A stretch of DNA of 64,000 nt, taken from contig CM075988.1 of the NCBI GenBank assembly GCA_038087875.1, positions 8,620,001 through 8,684,000 on the forward strand, read 5' to 3'. This DNA is from Malacoraja senta (Eukaryota). The position numbers were made by a program, and so were the translations under genes. Below the pieces are notes generated by a model. That model was not told where the DNA came from and did no database searches. It worked only from the letters and a program-made list of their open reading frames with translations. Below, piece by piece: positions 63,561-64,000 of the stretch; within the stretch, counting starts at the first letter, position 1, and each line of letters opens with the position of its first letter.

Positions 63561-64000
63561 AAGCCTATCCAGTGGGATTGACATGTTTTGTATTTTTCCT
63601 TTCTAAAGATGCAGTGTATTTTGGTGACTATTGCACACTGCAGACCAGAAGCGCTTTCAATACCCAGAGAGAAGGGATGGGCGGGTTAGGTGAGCAGGAG
63701 AGTGGGGTTGTTTGCAGTTGCAGATGGAGGGGGCAAGGGCGGTACAGTTCCCAGTCTCAGCTCCTGTTCTACCGAGTGTGTGGACGTGGACGGGTGGCTT
63801 GGTTGGTGTGGCCCATGGTGTGGCAGAGCCTGCGTGCCCGCTGACTCCCATCCCCCCCACCTGGGAGAGAGCCCCCGAGCATCTGCCCCAGGGCGACGGG
63901 CACTGACCTGCTGGAATCGCCGACGTGAAGACAGTGCAAAGCCCCCGCGCCCGGTGCAATGGGCAGGGAGCTGGAGAGGGGAGGGAAGGGGTCACACGCA

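Overview
Eukaryotic, repeat-dense, non-coding DNA (intron or intergenic). I recognised no host protein-coding exon and no prokaryotic features. The repeat content points to a cartilaginous fish, probably a skate or ray; this is inference from family recognition, not a database result. It includes many tRNA-derived V-SINEs (HE1-like), fragments of CR1, L2, Rex1/Babar, RTE and Tx1 LINEs, Penelope-like elements (PLE) with very many pseudo-LTR (pLTR) copies, PIF/Harbinger-type MITEs, Tc1/pogo relics, non-autonomous Helitrons and old DeuSINE-like relics. Every ORF in the track that I could recognise is a transposon fragment. The most interesting items are: (1) minimal hammerhead-ribozyme motifs in the pLTRs, often as ~200-bp head-to-head palindromes and also expanded into tandem arrays; (2) a 1.7-kb foldback element with ~495-bp TIRs that captured PLE sequence in both arms; (3) a 1047-bp TIR element with a 7-bp TSD, an apparent bidirectional ETS promoter and two divergent splice donors; (4) a double-TIR composite MITE present twice. 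Coordinates of degenerate repeats are approximate, and family names come from recognition by eye.
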